Positions 41,415-51,654 of a DNA stretch of 64,000 bases are shown in pieces. The first letter of the stretch is position 1, and the number at the start of each line of letters is the position of its first letter. Position numbers and translations under genes: made by a program. The notes below the pieces were generated by a model that had not been told where the DNA came from, did not search any database, and saw only the letters and a list, made by a program, of their open reading frames with translations. Source of the DNA: Parcubacteria group bacterium (GTDB lineage Bacteria > Patescibacteriota > Minisyncoccia > Phycocordibacterales > UBA2135); contig JACOWN010000004.1 in assembly GCA_016176785.1 (NCBI GenBank), positions 12,558 to 76,557 of the forward strand. Direction: 5' to 3'.

Positions 41415-42515
41415 TTATCGGATGATGCCGCCGCCGAGGCATTCTTCGCCATTTTTATCATAAATGACGAGTGACTGGCCGGGCGCAACACCGCTTTGAG
41501 ACGCCTTGAAACACACGGAGATGCCAAGACCTTGTTTTTTAATTCCTGCCTCAACGAGCGGCTGTCGATACCGATACCTGACGCGATACGTCTTGTCCGC
41601 GCCGGGGATTGCACCGCTAATGAAGTGTTCATTTTCTAACGCGACTTCTGAAACGGAACCCGGCATCTCCGGTGTCCGTGCCGAAACCGTAACCGTATTT
41701 GCTTTCGCATCCTTGCCTACGACATAGTGCGGCTCATCATGCGGCGTTTTTTTGGTGAGAATAAATCCGTGCCTTTGGCCGATGGTGAGATAAAACGCCC
41801 CGTCGTGATGCCCGACAACCTCCCCCGCTTCGTTCAAGACGTCCCCTCGCCGAAGCGGGATAAAGTGCCGCAAAAATTCCCTCATGGGAAACTCGCCCAC
41901 GAAACAGAGCCCCTGGCTGTCTCTGCGTTCCGCATTGGGAAGACCGAACTTTTTTGCAAGCTTCCTTACCTCTGACTTTTCCATCCCGCCCACGGGAAAC
42001 AGTGTGCGGCGAAGTTGTTCTTGCCCAAGCGTCCATAAGAAATAGCTTTGGTCCTTATTCTTATCTTTTGCAGTATGCAACAGATAAGAAATTTTGGATT
42101 TCGGATTTCGGATTTCGGATTTGCGCGCATAATGTCCTGTCGCAATAAAATCCGCCCCCATTTCCCGCGCTTTCTGTAAAAATAATCCAAACTTTATGTG
42201 CTTGTTGCACATCACGTCGGGATTCGGCGTTCGTCCCGCCTTGTATTCGCGAACCATATAGTCCACGACCTCGCGTTTGTATTCTTCGGCGAAGTCAAAA
42301 ACAAGGAACGGGATGCCGAGATGCGCCGCCGTGCGGCGCGCCATACTTTCGTCGTCCGTTTTGGCGCACTCAATAAAGTCGGGCTTCCAGACACGGATAA
42401 AAACGCCCGTCACATCGTAACCGGCTTCTTTAAGAAGCGCCGCGGCAACGGAAGAATCAACTCCCCCGCTCATTCCAACGAATACTTTTTTATCCCCGCC
42501 CGTCACTTTCATCAA
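41415..42515 (-). CDS. mnmA: tRNA-specific 2-thiouridylase.
   Basis: PP-loop VFVGMSGGVDSSVAAALL; 366 aa; it contains an in-frame repeat insertion. Confidence 0.9.
   Translation of the reverse strand: MMKVTGGDKKVFVGMSGGVDSSVAAALLKEAGYDVTGVFIRVWKPDFIECAKTDDESMARRTAAHLGIPFLVFDFAEEYKREVVDYMVREYKAGRTPNPDVMCNKHIKFGLFLQKAREMGADFIATGHYARKSEIRNPKSKISYLLHTAKDKNKDQSYFLWTLGQEQLRRTLFPVGGMEKSEVRKLAKKFGLPNAERRDSQGLCFVGEFPMREFLRHFIPLRRGDVLNEAGEVVGHHDGAFYLTIGQRHGFILTKKTPHDEPHYVVGKDAKANTVTVSARTPEMPGSVSEVALENEHFISGAIPGADKTYRVRYRYRQPLVEAGIKKQGLGISVCFKASQSGVAPGQSLVIYDKNGEECLGGGIIR
42096..42123. repeat. Heptanucleotide microsatellite (GGATTTC)x3 plus GGATTTG, inside the mnmA coding sequence.
   Basis: Read directly. 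On the minus strand it encodes EIRNPKS-EIRNPKS-KI; 21 nt is three heptamer units, which is in frame. Confidence 0.9.
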
Positions 42516-42600
42516 AAAAAATCATAACACAGAATATGTGATATGTATAGAAATGAGGAGGCGGGTGCTCGCTAAATATATTCGCTGACGCTCAACTCTT

Positions 42601-43620
42601 TTACGGCACATACCGCGCTTTCTTTATTTTGTGTTCTTCAAACGTCTGGCTGAAGTGGAGATTGCCGGCGAGATCGGAAAGATAAAACAGATAGGGCGTC
42701 TCGCGCGGATTGAGCGCCGCTTTGATCGACGCGAGTCCGGGGTTCGCGATGGGACCGGGCGGCAGGCCGGTGTATTTGTACGTGTTGTACCGCGATTCGT
42801 TCGTCTGCAAATCGTCAAGAGTCAATTCAAACGTGTTTTTGCCGTTGATGTAAAGAAAGGTCGCGTCCACCTGAAGCGGCATGCCGATCTCAAGCCGCCG
42901 CCACAAGATGCCGGCGACGGTTTGTTTGTCGTCATAATGCCGAACTTCTTTCTCAAGGAGCGACGCCATGGTAATAATATCGCGCTCCTTCCTGCCGCTC
43001 GCGGCAAGCTCGCTTTCAATTTCCTTCGTGCGCAGATCAAAATTATTCCGCAGCGCCTGGTACACGTCCCGCGCTTTCACGTTCGGCAGGAAAAAATAAG
43101 TGTCGGGGAACAAGTATCCCTCATCCCGTTGCGCGATCCGAATGAACTCCTCCGGCTCAAACTCGGGAAAATTTTTCTGCATGATCGCGGCGATCTCCGC
43201 CGCCGACGCTCCTTCGGGAACCAGCACGCGGACCAAATCAAGCCCGTAAACGCCGCGCGCGAGACGCCACGCTACCGTTATGAGCGTCCCCGGTTGCGCA
43301 AAGAAATAATCGCCGGATTTCACGCCCGTCTCACCGGCAAAAAGACCGACGAACGCCTTAAAGAAAAAAGGTGAATTGATGATCGACTTTTCTTCCAGCA
43401 TGGCGGCTGCCGCCGATACGCTCGCCCCTTCACTGACGCGCACCATGACCCCCGCCGGAAATCCGAAAGGCGCGCTGAAAAAGAGAAGATACCCGAGAAG
43501 AAAAAGAACCGCGCTGCCGTACGCGGCGGACCGACGGCGTTCTCGGCGCGAACTGAAGCGGCGCGCGAACGCGTTCGGCACATTCAAAAGCGACGCCAAA
43601 AGGAATCTGATGAAAAACAT
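42601..43620 (-). CDS. mltG: Endolytic murein transglycosylase (YceG family).
   Basis: N-terminal TM helix and the YceG-like core (…LYINGKNTFELT…YNTYKYTGLPPGPIANPG…). The start is at MFFIRF. Confidence 0.85.
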   Translation of the reverse strand: MFFIRFLLASLLNVPNAFARRFSSRRERRRSAAYGSAVLFLLGYLLFFSAPFGFPAGVMVRVSEGASVSAAAAMLEEKSIINSPFFFKAFVGLFAGETGVKSGDYFFAQPGTLITVAWRLARGVYGLDLVRVLVPEGASAAEIAAIMQKNFPEFEPEEFIRIAQRDEGYLFPDTYFFLPNVKARDVYQALRNNFDLRTKEIESELAASGRKERDIITMASLLEKEVRHYDDKQTVAGILWRRLEIGMPLQVDATFLYINGKNTFELTLDDLQTNESRYNTYKYTGLPPGPIANPGLASIKAALNPRETPYLFYLSDLAGNLHFSQTFEEHKIKKARYVP

Positions 43621-43624
43621 GAAG

Positions 43625-44947
43625 TTATACCGGCAAATTGGTGGGCGGTTCGCCGCGCCGCGATTCAATGCGTTCAAAGGTCGGCGTCTCCGCAACGCGG
43701 CCGGGGAAGTGGTACAGCGTCGCGAGTTCCTCGGTGTTCAAGACATACGCCTTGCGCTCATACGGCGGGAAAAACCACGACCGCTTGCGGTATCCGTCAA
43801 ACAAAATCCATTTTTTGTACGCAACGCGGGCGCCGGAGGGAGAAAAAAACGGCGCGCCGATCCCGGGCCCTTGCGGGGGAATGTTAATGTAGTGCTGCCA
43901 CGGGAAATCAATATCGGTGTAGTCGCGCGGCCGAAATCCGTTCAGATCGTTGGTTGAATACGCCTTCATGACGCCGAACATGCCGGCGATGTTCGCCCCG
44001 TTAAAGGCGTCTTTTTTGGCGAGATAGATGGCACGGATGCCGCAGTCATATCCAAGCTTTCCGATCTTTCGCTCGATCGCTTTTATCGTGTTGCGTTCGC
44101 CTTCGGTCATCATGGCAAAGCGGAAATCCGACCCCTCCATCCCGGGCGCGGCGCCCGAGCGTTCTTTTGATTTCTCAAAAATCTCATTGATGATCTCCTT
44201 GCCTTGGTCTTGCCAGTCCTCATTCACGCCGAAAATGGGGGTCGGGTCTTTTTTGCCCTTATTCGCCCGCACGATAATTTGAAACCATACCTGCTCGCCG
44301 CGGCCGACACCCCCCATGAACTCAAGCATGGGTGTCAGGGGGTCAACCTTGAGTTCTTCTTTGGGGTCACGGTCAAGGTTGTAGTCAACATACGTTTTGA
44401 GCGGAAAGGGGCTTTGTTTTGTAAGGGTAAACTCTGCTGCATACAAATTCCAATCGGAACCCTTGCGCGCGTAGGGAACTAGGGCGGTATAATCGGACAC
44501 TTCGTGGACTTCGGCGTCCGGATATTGCGAATACACCTGCGTTTCTATGAATTTTGCGACGGCTGCGCGCGTCCAAACAAAAAAGTGTATCGCTCCCTCA
44601 AGGGAAACGAGCTCAAGCGAGAAATAAGCGCGGGTTTTCCCGAGAACATAGCGGTCATACCAATTTGATTCGCCGACCGTCTGGTGAAGCGCGTTCAAAA
44701 CGACCTCCATCGCGAGCGGCGATTTCATCTGTTCGCGCGGCACTTTTATTTCAAGGAGGGTGATTTTTTGCCCAGCAAGAAATCGCGCGCGTTTATACGG
44801 CACCCACAACGTCCAAAAGATGAGGAGCAAAACGGGCGGCAGCCAGAACGGCGTATAGGCAAACGTGTCGGCAAAAAGCCGCGCGAGTGTTTCCGAGGAA
44901 AACGCAACGCTCTGCCAGAAAAAAACCAGCGGATCGGGTACGTTCAT
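43625..44947 (-). CDS. Hypothetical membrane-anchored protein of about 440 aa, with an N-terminal TM segment and a large soluble domain.
   Basis: ORF with its start at MNVPDPLVFFWQ (or 4 codons upstream at MIYA). It is co-directional with and 4 nt upstream of mltG. No domain recognised. Confidence 0.6.
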   Translation of the reverse strand: MNVPDPLVFFWQSVAFSSETLARLFADTFAYTPFWLPPVLLLIFWTLWVPYKRARFLAGQKITLLEIKVPREQMKSPLAMEVVLNALHQTVGESNWYDRYVLGKTRAYFSLELVSLEGAIHFFVWTRAAVAKFIETQVYSQYPDAEVHEVSDYTALVPYARKGSDWNLYAAEFTLTKQSPFPLKTYVDYNLDRDPKEELKVDPLTPMLEFMGGVGRGEQVWFQIIVRANKGKKDPTPIFGVNEDWQDQGKEIINEIFEKSKERSGAAPGMEGSDFRFAMMTEGERNTIKAIERKIGKLGYDCGIRAIYLAKKDAFNGANIAGMFGVMKAYSTNDLNGFRPRDYTDIDFPWQHYINIPPQGPGIGAPFFSPSGARVAYKKWILFDGYRKRSWFFPPYERKAYVLNTEELATLYHFPGRVAETPTFERIESRRGEPPTNLPV

Positions 44948-45080
44948 TGCGTATATCATACCGCAGATGTGCCGTTTTTCGCAAACACGACCTCCCAGCG
45001 GTACGAAAACCGCGCCCCGCTTCAAGCGGGGCGCGGAATGCATATTCGCCGGGGGACGCGTGGACGCTCTCGCAATCGGC

Positions 45081-46127
45081 CTAACCGACAAGCGTATATC
45101 TGCCGTCGGCGTCGCGTTTGAAATATCTTTTGTTTTGGAGATTAACCACCACGGTATTTTCCTTCACATACCGCTCTTTGAGCACGCGCTCAACCAAATC
45201 CTCGCGCGACAACTTTCCTTGTTCTTTGAGTATCCGCATGATGATCTCGCGCACCACGCCGTTTGAATACCCCCATTCGGCGAGACCGTATAAACCGCGG
45301 CCAACCAGCACAAAGCGTTCCTTATCCTTGATAAGTTCGTTGTGACAGGTCGCCACATGCGCCGGACGGTTGAAAAGAGCATGGATCTCTTGCGCAACTT
45401 CGCTAAAATGCAGCGGGGACCCGTGTCGGCGAATAACGAGATATGCGTAGTCGCGGACGCCGCGCGCGCGGATGTTGGGCGATGCGGCAAGCCCCCACTC
45501 GCCCAATGAGTTTACGCCGACCATTTTTGAAATGTTGAGCCAGCGGCGCATCGTTTCTTGATTTCGAAAGTTGTCTGGCGCTCCCGCAAGCCGTTCACCG
45601 AAAGAATTGAGAATGTCGTCTTCGGCGACGAGGTCATCCGTTGACAGCGACTGATATAAACTGTGAAGCGCCTGGTGGACGATCGAGCTCACGCGCTCGT
45701 CAACGCTCCAGCGGTGTTTGAAATGTTGGTCTTCGCGCTTGCGCTCAAATCCGTCGCTCAAGACAAGGAGGAAGTGGGCGTGGTTCTGCGCGCTTCTGTC
45801 CTTCGCCACATGGAGAAGCACGTCCTCTTCGGCGACCAAAGCGCCGAGGGCGTGGACAAAGTCCCGCAGCTCTTCGCGCGCCGCGCTCTCCGCTTCGTAT
45901 GCATCTGATTTTTTGATCGCATTCAGAGCAAAGTTTTCTATCTGACGCACGCGCTCTCGCGTGATGCCGTATTGTTCGCCGATTGACTCAAGCGTTCGCC
46001 GTTTGGCGTCAACGCCGAGGCCGAAGCGGCTCGTAAGGACATCGCGGGCCCGGTCTGGAAGCACCGCAAGTAGATTTTTATTGACCTGTTTTGGCTTGAA
46101 GGTGAGAACCGCTTTCATATGGCGCAA
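45081..46127 (-). CDS. Sigma-70 region-4 HTH plus HARE-HTH domain protein.
   Basis: The N-terminus RTLESIGEQYGITRERVRQIENFAL is a sigma-70 region 4. The C-terminus SPLHFSEVAQEIHALF…ERFVLVGRGLYGLAEWGY looks like a HARE-HTH domain, as in the RpoE-delta N-terminus. Confidence 0.65.
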   Translation of the reverse strand: MRHMKAVLTFKPKQVNKNLLAVLPDRARDVLTSRFGLGVDAKRRTLESIGEQYGITRERVRQIENFALNAIKKSDAYEAESAAREELRDFVHALGALVAEEDVLLHVAKDRSAQNHAHFLLVLSDGFERKREDQHFKHRWSVDERVSSIVHQALHSLYQSLSTDDLVAEDDILNSFGERLAGAPDNFRNQETMRRWLNISKMVGVNSLGEWGLAASPNIRARGVRDYAYLVIRRHGSPLHFSEVAQEIHALFNRPAHVATCHNELIKDKERFVLVGRGLYGLAEWGYSNGVVREIIMRILKEQGKLSREDLVERVLKERYVKENTVVVNLQNKRYFKRDADGRYTLVG

Positions 46128-46186
46128 TTATTTGATAAATGAGAAGATAGCCTATTCCTAGCACCCCTGTCAAGCCGCGTCAAGGG

Positions 46187-48628
46187 TCACCCGCGAAGAA
46201 CGATGTTGACGAGCGCGTGGGGAACGACGACCACCCGCACGATATCCTTTCCGTGCACCCATTTTTGTATCGCAGGCCGTTCAAGCGCCGCGTTTTCAAG
46301 GTCGGTATCAGAGGCCGACGCGGCCGCTTCAAATTGGTCGCGTACGCGGCCGTTCACCTGTATGACGACGGTCACGACTCCCTCATGGAGTAGCGCCTCG
46401 TCATACCGCGGCCACGGCGCCTCATGGATGGAGTGCTCATACCCAAGCGAACGCCACAATTCCTCCGCGATGTGCGGGGCGAACGGCGCGAGCAGCAAAA
46501 GAAGCGTTTCAAAATCGCGGCGAGAAACGTCTGGCGCGCTTTCAAGGCCATTCGCGAAAATCATGAGTGCGGAAACCGCCGTATTGAAATGAAAGTGCTC
46601 AATGTCTTCCGTCACTTTTTTGACGGTTCGATTGAGCGCCATTGTGTGCTTTTGGTCACTGGCGGCGCGCGGCGCATCATTGACTTTTTTCCGCAGCCGC
46701 CATACTTTTTCCAAAAAACGCCGGGAACCGATAATGCTTTCGGTGCTCCATGTTCCGCTTTCTTCAAAGGGGCCCATAAACATCTCGTAAACGCGCAAAG
46801 TATCCGCGCCGTATGTTGCAACCACGTCATCGGGGTTGACCACATTTCCCCACCGTTTGCTCATTTTGCGGCCGTCTTCGCCGTAGATAAGCCCGACGCC
46901 TTTCAAGCGCATGAACGGCTCTTTATAATTCACCGCCCCAATGTCGTAGAGGAACTTATGCCAGAAGCGCGCGTAGATCAAATGCCGGGTAGCGTGTTCA
47001 ACACCCCCCTCATAGAGGTCTACCGGCGACCAGTATTTTTCCTTTTTTTTGTCAACGAGCGCCTCGTCGTTCGCGGGATCAATGTAGCGGAGGTAATACC
47101 ACGATGAACCCGCCCACTGCGGCATGGTGTTCGTCTCGCGCTTCCCTTCGCCGCCGCACTTCGGGCATTTCACGTTCACCCACTCGGAGATATTCGCAAG
47201 CGGCGACTCGCCCGTGCCCGTCGGCTCATAGCGCTTTACGTCGGGCAGAAGGACGGGTAGATCCTCTTCCGGCACCGGAACCGCTCCGCATTTTTTACAA
47301 TGAATGACGGGGATCGGTTCTCCCCAATACCGCTGGCGGGAAAAGACCCAATCGCGGAGTTTGTAGTCCACCCGTTTTTCGCCGCCGACAAAGTCGGTGA
47401 TTTTGTCCTTCGCCTCTTCGCTTGAGAGGCCGTCAAATCGGCCGGAGTTAACCAGAATGCCATCCCCCTCATACGCGCCCGGTTGGGGTTTTTTGATTGA
47501 GGGTTTTTCAGATGCCGGTCGTATAACGTGTCGTTTTTCCATGCCATACTTTTCGGCAAATTCCCAATCACGCTCGTCATGCGCGGGCACCGCCATAATG
47601 GCACCCGTGCCGTAGCGCGCGAGCACATAATCGGCGACCCAAATCTGGATTTCTTCTCCGGTCGCCGGATTGATCGCCGTAAGGCCTTTCAGCTCAACGC
47701 CGGTCTTTTCCTTCCCTTCCGCCATCCGCTCAATTTCTGTTTTGTGCGCCGTGCCGTGAATATATTTTTTCACTTCTTCCTGATTCTTGACTCCCGATTC
47801 TTGACCCTTTTCGTTGAGCAATTTCGTAACGAGCTTGTGTTCCGGCGCAAGCACCATGTACGTTGCTCCAAAGAGCGTATCGGGGCGCGTGGTAAATACT
47901 TTGATTTTTTCATCACGCCCCGCGATGCCAAATTCTATTTCCGCCCCTTCGCTCTTTCCAATCCAGTTTCTCTGCAATTCTTTGATGTGCTCCGGCCACT
48001 CAAGGCCTTCCAAATCCTCCAGAAGCCGGTCTGCATATTCGCGAATTTTCAAAACCCATTGCCGGATCGGCTTCTGTTCCACCTCGCTTCCGCACCGCTC
48101 GCATCTGCCGCCCTCCAGGTCCTCAAGCGCGAGACCGGTTTTGCACGAAGGGCACCAGTTAATGGGCTCGTCTGATTCATACGCAAGCCCTTTTTTGAAT
48201 AATTGAAGAAAAATCCACTGTGTCCATTTGTAGTACGCGGGGTCTGTCGTATTTATCTCCCGCTCCCAATCGTAGTTAAATCCGAGCTTCAAGAGCTGTT
48301 CTTTGAACCGCGCAATATTTTTCTCAACTGCAATGCGCGGATGCACTTTGTTCTTAAGCGCGTAATTTTCCGCAGGCAAACCGAATGCGTCCCAGCCCAT
48401 GGGATGAAGGACGTTATGCCCCGTCATTTTCTTAAAACGGGAATAGATGTCGGTCGCGATATATCCTTTGGGATGCCCTACGTGAAGCCCCTCTCCCGAG
48501 GGATACGGGAACATATCAAGCACGTATGCCTTCGGCTTGGACGGGTCCTCCGTGGTGCGATAGAGGTTGTTTTTTTTCCATTTCTCCTGCCACGCCCGTT
48601 CTATTTTCTTATGGTCGTATTCTTGCAT
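46187..48628 (-). CDS. leuS: Leucine-tRNA ligase.
   Basis: HVGH in the HIGH region (…HVGHPKGYIATD…), KMSKRWGN in the KMSKS region, and CP1 editing-domain zinc Cys motifs; 813 aa. Confidence 0.95.
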   Translation of the reverse strand: MQEYDHKKIERAWQEKWKKNNLYRTTEDPSKPKAYVLDMFPYPSGEGLHVGHPKGYIATDIYSRFKKMTGHNVLHPMGWDAFGLPAENYALKNKVHPRIAVEKNIARFKEQLLKLGFNYDWEREINTTDPAYYKWTQWIFLQLFKKGLAYESDEPINWCPSCKTGLALEDLEGGRCERCGSEVEQKPIRQWVLKIREYADRLLEDLEGLEWPEHIKELQRNWIGKSEGAEIEFGIAGRDEKIKVFTTRPDTLFGATYMVLAPEHKLVTKLLNEKGQESGVKNQEEVKKYIHGTAHKTEIERMAEGKEKTGVELKGLTAINPATGEEIQIWVADYVLARYGTGAIMAVPAHDERDWEFAEKYGMEKRHVIRPASEKPSIKKPQPGAYEGDGILVNSGRFDGLSSEEAKDKITDFVGGEKRVDYKLRDWVFSRQRYWGEPIPVIHCKKCGAVPVPEEDLPVLLPDVKRYEPTGTGESPLANISEWVNVKCPKCGGEGKRETNTMPQWAGSSWYYLRYIDPANDEALVDKKKEKYWSPVDLYEGGVEHATRHLIYARFWHKFLYDIGAVNYKEPFMRLKGVGLIYGEDGRKMSKRWGNVVNPDDVVATYGADTLRVYEMFMGPFEESGTWSTESIIGSRRFLEKVWRLRKKVNDAPRAASDQKHTMALNRTVKKVTEDIEHFHFNTAVSALMIFANGLESAPDVSRRDFETLLLLLAPFAPHIAEELWRSLGYEHSIHEAPWPRYDEALLHEGVVTVVIQVNGRVRDQFEAAASASDTDLENAALERPAIQKWVHGKDIVRVVVVPHALVNIVLRG

Positions 48629-48682
48629 AGCGTTGCTTTGAACGAGTCGCGGCGCGCAAAATGCGCGCCGCGGTTGGCGGGA

Positions 48683-49258
48683 TTACTCCTCTCGCTTTTG
48701 GAACCACTTGATACCGACGAATACGAGCGCCGCAAGCGCAATGCCGAGAACGGCAACCTTCAGATAATCGGACATGTGCGACCAATATCGCGTTGAAGCG
48801 ATAATGAGCGTAATGATGCCGCCGGAGGCGAACCCGAACATGACCGCCTCATACGCGCGGACAAAGTAACTGCCGATAAGGGTCGCGGTGCCCAGGATGA
48901 CGAGCACGATGAAGAAATTGCGTTCGTACATTGCGCGCGCGTCCTCATACTCCTGCCGACAGGTAAAATCCTGGTCGCAATACCCCTGGCGCACCATCTC
49001 CAGCGGGACGGGCTCTATTGTTCCCGCGCGCGGGATGCCTTTTTGGATGAAAGAATCCTCATTCCATTGGCCACCGATGGCAAGACACTCGTCTTTTGCT
49101 TCCGGCACGACGCGCACCGGTTCCGCTTTGCAGAAATCGTTATATTGCGGTTCTTCAAATACCAACTGGGTGCTGACGATGAAAAAGAGATTGAGGACAA
49201 TGATGATGGCGAGCACGAGCCCCCATTTAAGAAAACTTCTGGGATTAATGTTGAACAT
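48683..49258 (-). CDS. Hypothetical membrane protein with about 3 TM helices.
   Basis: The start is at MFNINPRSFLKWGLVLAIIIVL. It has a cysteine-containing extracytoplasmic loop. Confidence 0.5.
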   Translation of the reverse strand: MFNINPRSFLKWGLVLAIIIVLNLFFIVSTQLVFEEPQYNDFCKAEPVRVVPEAKDECLAIGGQWNEDSFIQKGIPRAGTIEPVPLEMVRQGYCDQDFTCRQEYEDARAMYERNFFIVLVILGTATLIGSYFVRAYEAVMFGFASGGIITLIIASTRYWSHMSDYLKVAVLGIALAALVFVGIKWFQKREE

Positions 49259-49423
49259 GACGAGTGGCGTGCGGTTATGCGCCGCCGGCAAATAAGACGC
49301 TGGTAATCATGGAGCATACTATACCACAAAAACAGGGAAAGAAAAACTCTGCGCCGGCGGCGCTTGACGCCGCTCCCGCCGGGGGTACAGTTCAGAAAGA
49401 AGTGCCGAGAGAATGGTGTGTTC

Positions 49424-50302
49424 ATGGCGAGCCGTTCCCGACACCGGAGGCTTGTGCCTCTTACCGGTGATGAAGAATGCGGACTTATTCGGCGTTTTCA
49501 AGAAACCGGCGACAGAGCGGCCCGCGATGCGGTCGTTGCGGCGCATGGACGCCGTATCCGGTGGATTGCGGTGCGCATGGCGAACTACTACCGCGTTGAG
49601 GTCGATGACCTTGCGCAGGAAGCTTTCTGCGGCTTGTGCCGCGCGATAGAGAAATTTGACTGTGCGCGCGGCGTTTCGTTCACAACGTACTCCGAATGGT
49701 GGATCCAAACATTCATGCAGGTGTGGATTTTCCATAACGCGTTCGTCGCTAAAATTGATAAATGCCGCGAAACGGAGCGTCTTTTTTCAAATCTCACGAG
49801 AGAAAAAATACGCCGCGGCATTTACGGGCGGCTGTGCAGCGACGCGGAGGCGGAAGATATCGGCGCCACGCTCAAATGTCCGCCGGAACGCGTTCGCGCG
49901 TTTGACGCTATTTTCAGCAGCGGCGCATTGCCGATAGACGAGGTGCGCGCGTTCATCGCGGATAAGGCGCCGTCACCGGAAGAGCAATGCATCACTCGTG
50001 ACGAGCGCGCGCAAAGACGAAACGTTCTCCGCACGGCTCTCCTGGCGATTTCCCCGCGCAACCGGCGCATCTTTGCGCGCTATTACGCGGAAAAGAGGGG
50101 CGATACGACGCACGCCATGGCGCGCGAATACGGTGTCTCTCACCAGAGGGTGGAACAGATCGCGCGGGAAACATTCATAAAAGTGATGCGGCGCGCGCGG
50201 GCTCTTGCGTCCGAACAAGGGATGCCGCCGCCTCATCCGGAATACCGAGCGATCGCGCCGCCGACTCGTCGCCCGCAAAAATCTAAGACCAAAGCCGACT
50301 AA
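49424..50302 (+). CDS. RNA polymerase sigma factor, sigma-70 family (alternative sigma).
   Basis: Region 2 DLAQEAFCGLCRAIEKFDCARGVSFTTYSEWWI and region 4 AMAREYGVSHQRVEQIARE. The start is at MASRSRH. An upstream TTGACG-16-TACAGT promoter-like element lies around 49358. Confidence 0.8.
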   Translation: MASRSRHRRLVPLTGDEECGLIRRFQETGDRAARDAVVAAHGRRIRWIAVRMANYYRVEVDDLAQEAFCGLCRAIEKFDCARGVSFTTYSEWWIQTFMQVWIFHNAFVAKIDKCRETERLFSNLTREKIRRGIYGRLCSDAEAEDIGATLKCPPERVRAFDAIFSSGALPIDEVRAFIADKAPSPEEQCITRDERAQRRNVLRTALLAISPRNRRIFARYYAEKRGDTTHAMAREYGVSHQRVEQIARETFIKVMRRARALASEQGMPPPHPEYRAIAPPTRRPQKSKTKAD

Positions 50303-50340
50303 GCCGAGCGAACGAAAATCGCCTCGGCTTTTTCAATCTT

Positions 50341-50386
50341 AAAAAAAGGACGGTCCTTTTCGGAGTTTTCCACAGGTTTTCCACAG
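50341..50386. repeat. Composite repeat, copy e: the palindrome AAAAAAAGGACGGTCCTTTT plus two tandem TTTTCCACAG boxes.
   Basis: It lies between the sigma gene and ychF, which are convergent. Confidence 0.85.
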
Positions 50387-50401
50387 TTATTGGCCCGCTG
50401 T

Positions 50402-51478
50402 CTATATTTTGAACTCAATAACATCGCCGTCTTTGACGATGTAGTCACGCCCCTCGGTTCTGACGAGCCCTTGTTCGCGCGCTACGGCGTATGACCCCGC
50501 GGCAAGCAGGTCCGCGGCGGCAATCACCTCCGCGCGAATAAACTTGTCCCTGAAATCGGTATGGATCGCGGCGCCCGCCTCCGGGGCCGTTCCACCGCGC
50601 GGAATCGTCCACCCCCTCGTTTCATCGGGGCCGGTCGTAAAGAAGGTAATGAGACCGAGAATCTCGTACCCTTTCTGAATAAGCGCGTCGAGCCCCGCCG
50701 AAGAAACGCCGAACTCTTGCCGCGCGAGCGCGCGGTCGTCGGGGGTGAAGTTCGCAACATCCTTTTCAAACGCGCTGTCAAGCGAAACCCACGCCGCGCC
50801 CGACGCTTCAAAAAAATCACGGAGCGCATCCGGCAATTCCTCTTTCTCAACCGACCGGTTCACGACATACAAAATCGGCTTGAGGGTCAGGAGGTTCAAG
50901 TGCTTTACCGCCGCGCGCTCTTCGTCGGAAAGAGGAAACGCCCGGGCAAGTTTCCCGCCGTCAAAATGGCGCTCAAGTTTTTCGAGAACCGCCTGTTCGG
51001 TTCGTGCACCCTTGTCGCCGCTCCGCACTTCCCTCTCAATGCTGGTGCGCCGCTTCGCCACAACTTGATGGTCGGCAAGCACGAGCTCAAGATTGACGAC
51101 TTCAATATCGCGAAACGGGTTTATCGTGCCGTGGACGTGCGTAACGTCGCCGTTCTCAAAGACGCGCACGACTTCCGCTATCGCGTCAACCTCTCTGATG
51201 TGGGAAAGGAACTGATTGCCGAGTCCCTCGCCCTCCGATGCTCCCGCCACCAAACCGGCTATATCAGTGAACTCCACGACGGCCGGAATCACTTTTGCCG
51301 ACTGCGAGAGCCCGGCGAGTTGCGTGAGCCGTTCATCCGGCACCGGCACGATGCCGACCGACGGGTCAATCGTGCAAAAAGGATAATTTTCCGCCGGCAC
51401 GCTTCTGCCCGTCAGCGCGTTAAAAAGCGTGGACTTTCCCACGTTCGGAAGACCGACGATGCCGATGGAGAGTGACAT
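50402..51478 (-). CDS. ychF: Ribosome-binding ATPase YchF (Obg-like GTPase family).
   Basis: G1 motif GLPNVGKSTLFNALT and a TGS C-terminal domain. The start is at MSLSIGIVG. Confidence 0.9.
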   Translation of the reverse strand: MSLSIGIVGLPNVGKSTLFNALTGRSVPAENYPFCTIDPSVGIVPVPDERLTQLAGLSQSAKVIPAVVEFTDIAGLVAGASEGEGLGNQFLSHIREVDAIAEVVRVFENGDVTHVHGTINPFRDIEVVNLELVLADHQVVAKRRTSIEREVRSGDKGARTEQAVLEKLERHFDGGKLARAFPLSDEERAAVKHLNLLTLKPILYVVNRSVEKEELPDALRDFFEASGAAWVSLDSAFEKDVANFTPDDRALARQEFGVSSAGLDALIQKGYEILGLITFFTTGPDETRGWTIPRGGTAPEAGAAIHTDFRDKFIRAEVIAAADLLAAGSYAVAREQGLVRTEGRDYIVKDGDVIEFKI

Positions 51479-51520
51479 ATGAATGAGAGTGTATAGAAAA
51501 GCCGCCCGTTTTACAAACGA

Positions 51521-51550
51521 AAAGCCCCGCCTTTCGGCTGGGCTTTTCGC
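51521..51550. terminator. Terminator-like hairpin with flanking A and T runs, downstream of the O-antigen-ligase-like gene.
   Basis: AAAAGCCCCGCCTTTCGGCTGGGCTTTTCG; the stem has one mismatch. Confidence 0.4.
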
Positions 51551-51654
51551 AGACATTCGGATGCTCGGAACTCCAAGCACTCACCAAAACAGTTTAGCAA
51601 ATATGAGCCGCGAAGTCAATAACGGGGTGTGGATAGCGTCCGCCGCGTTGCGTC

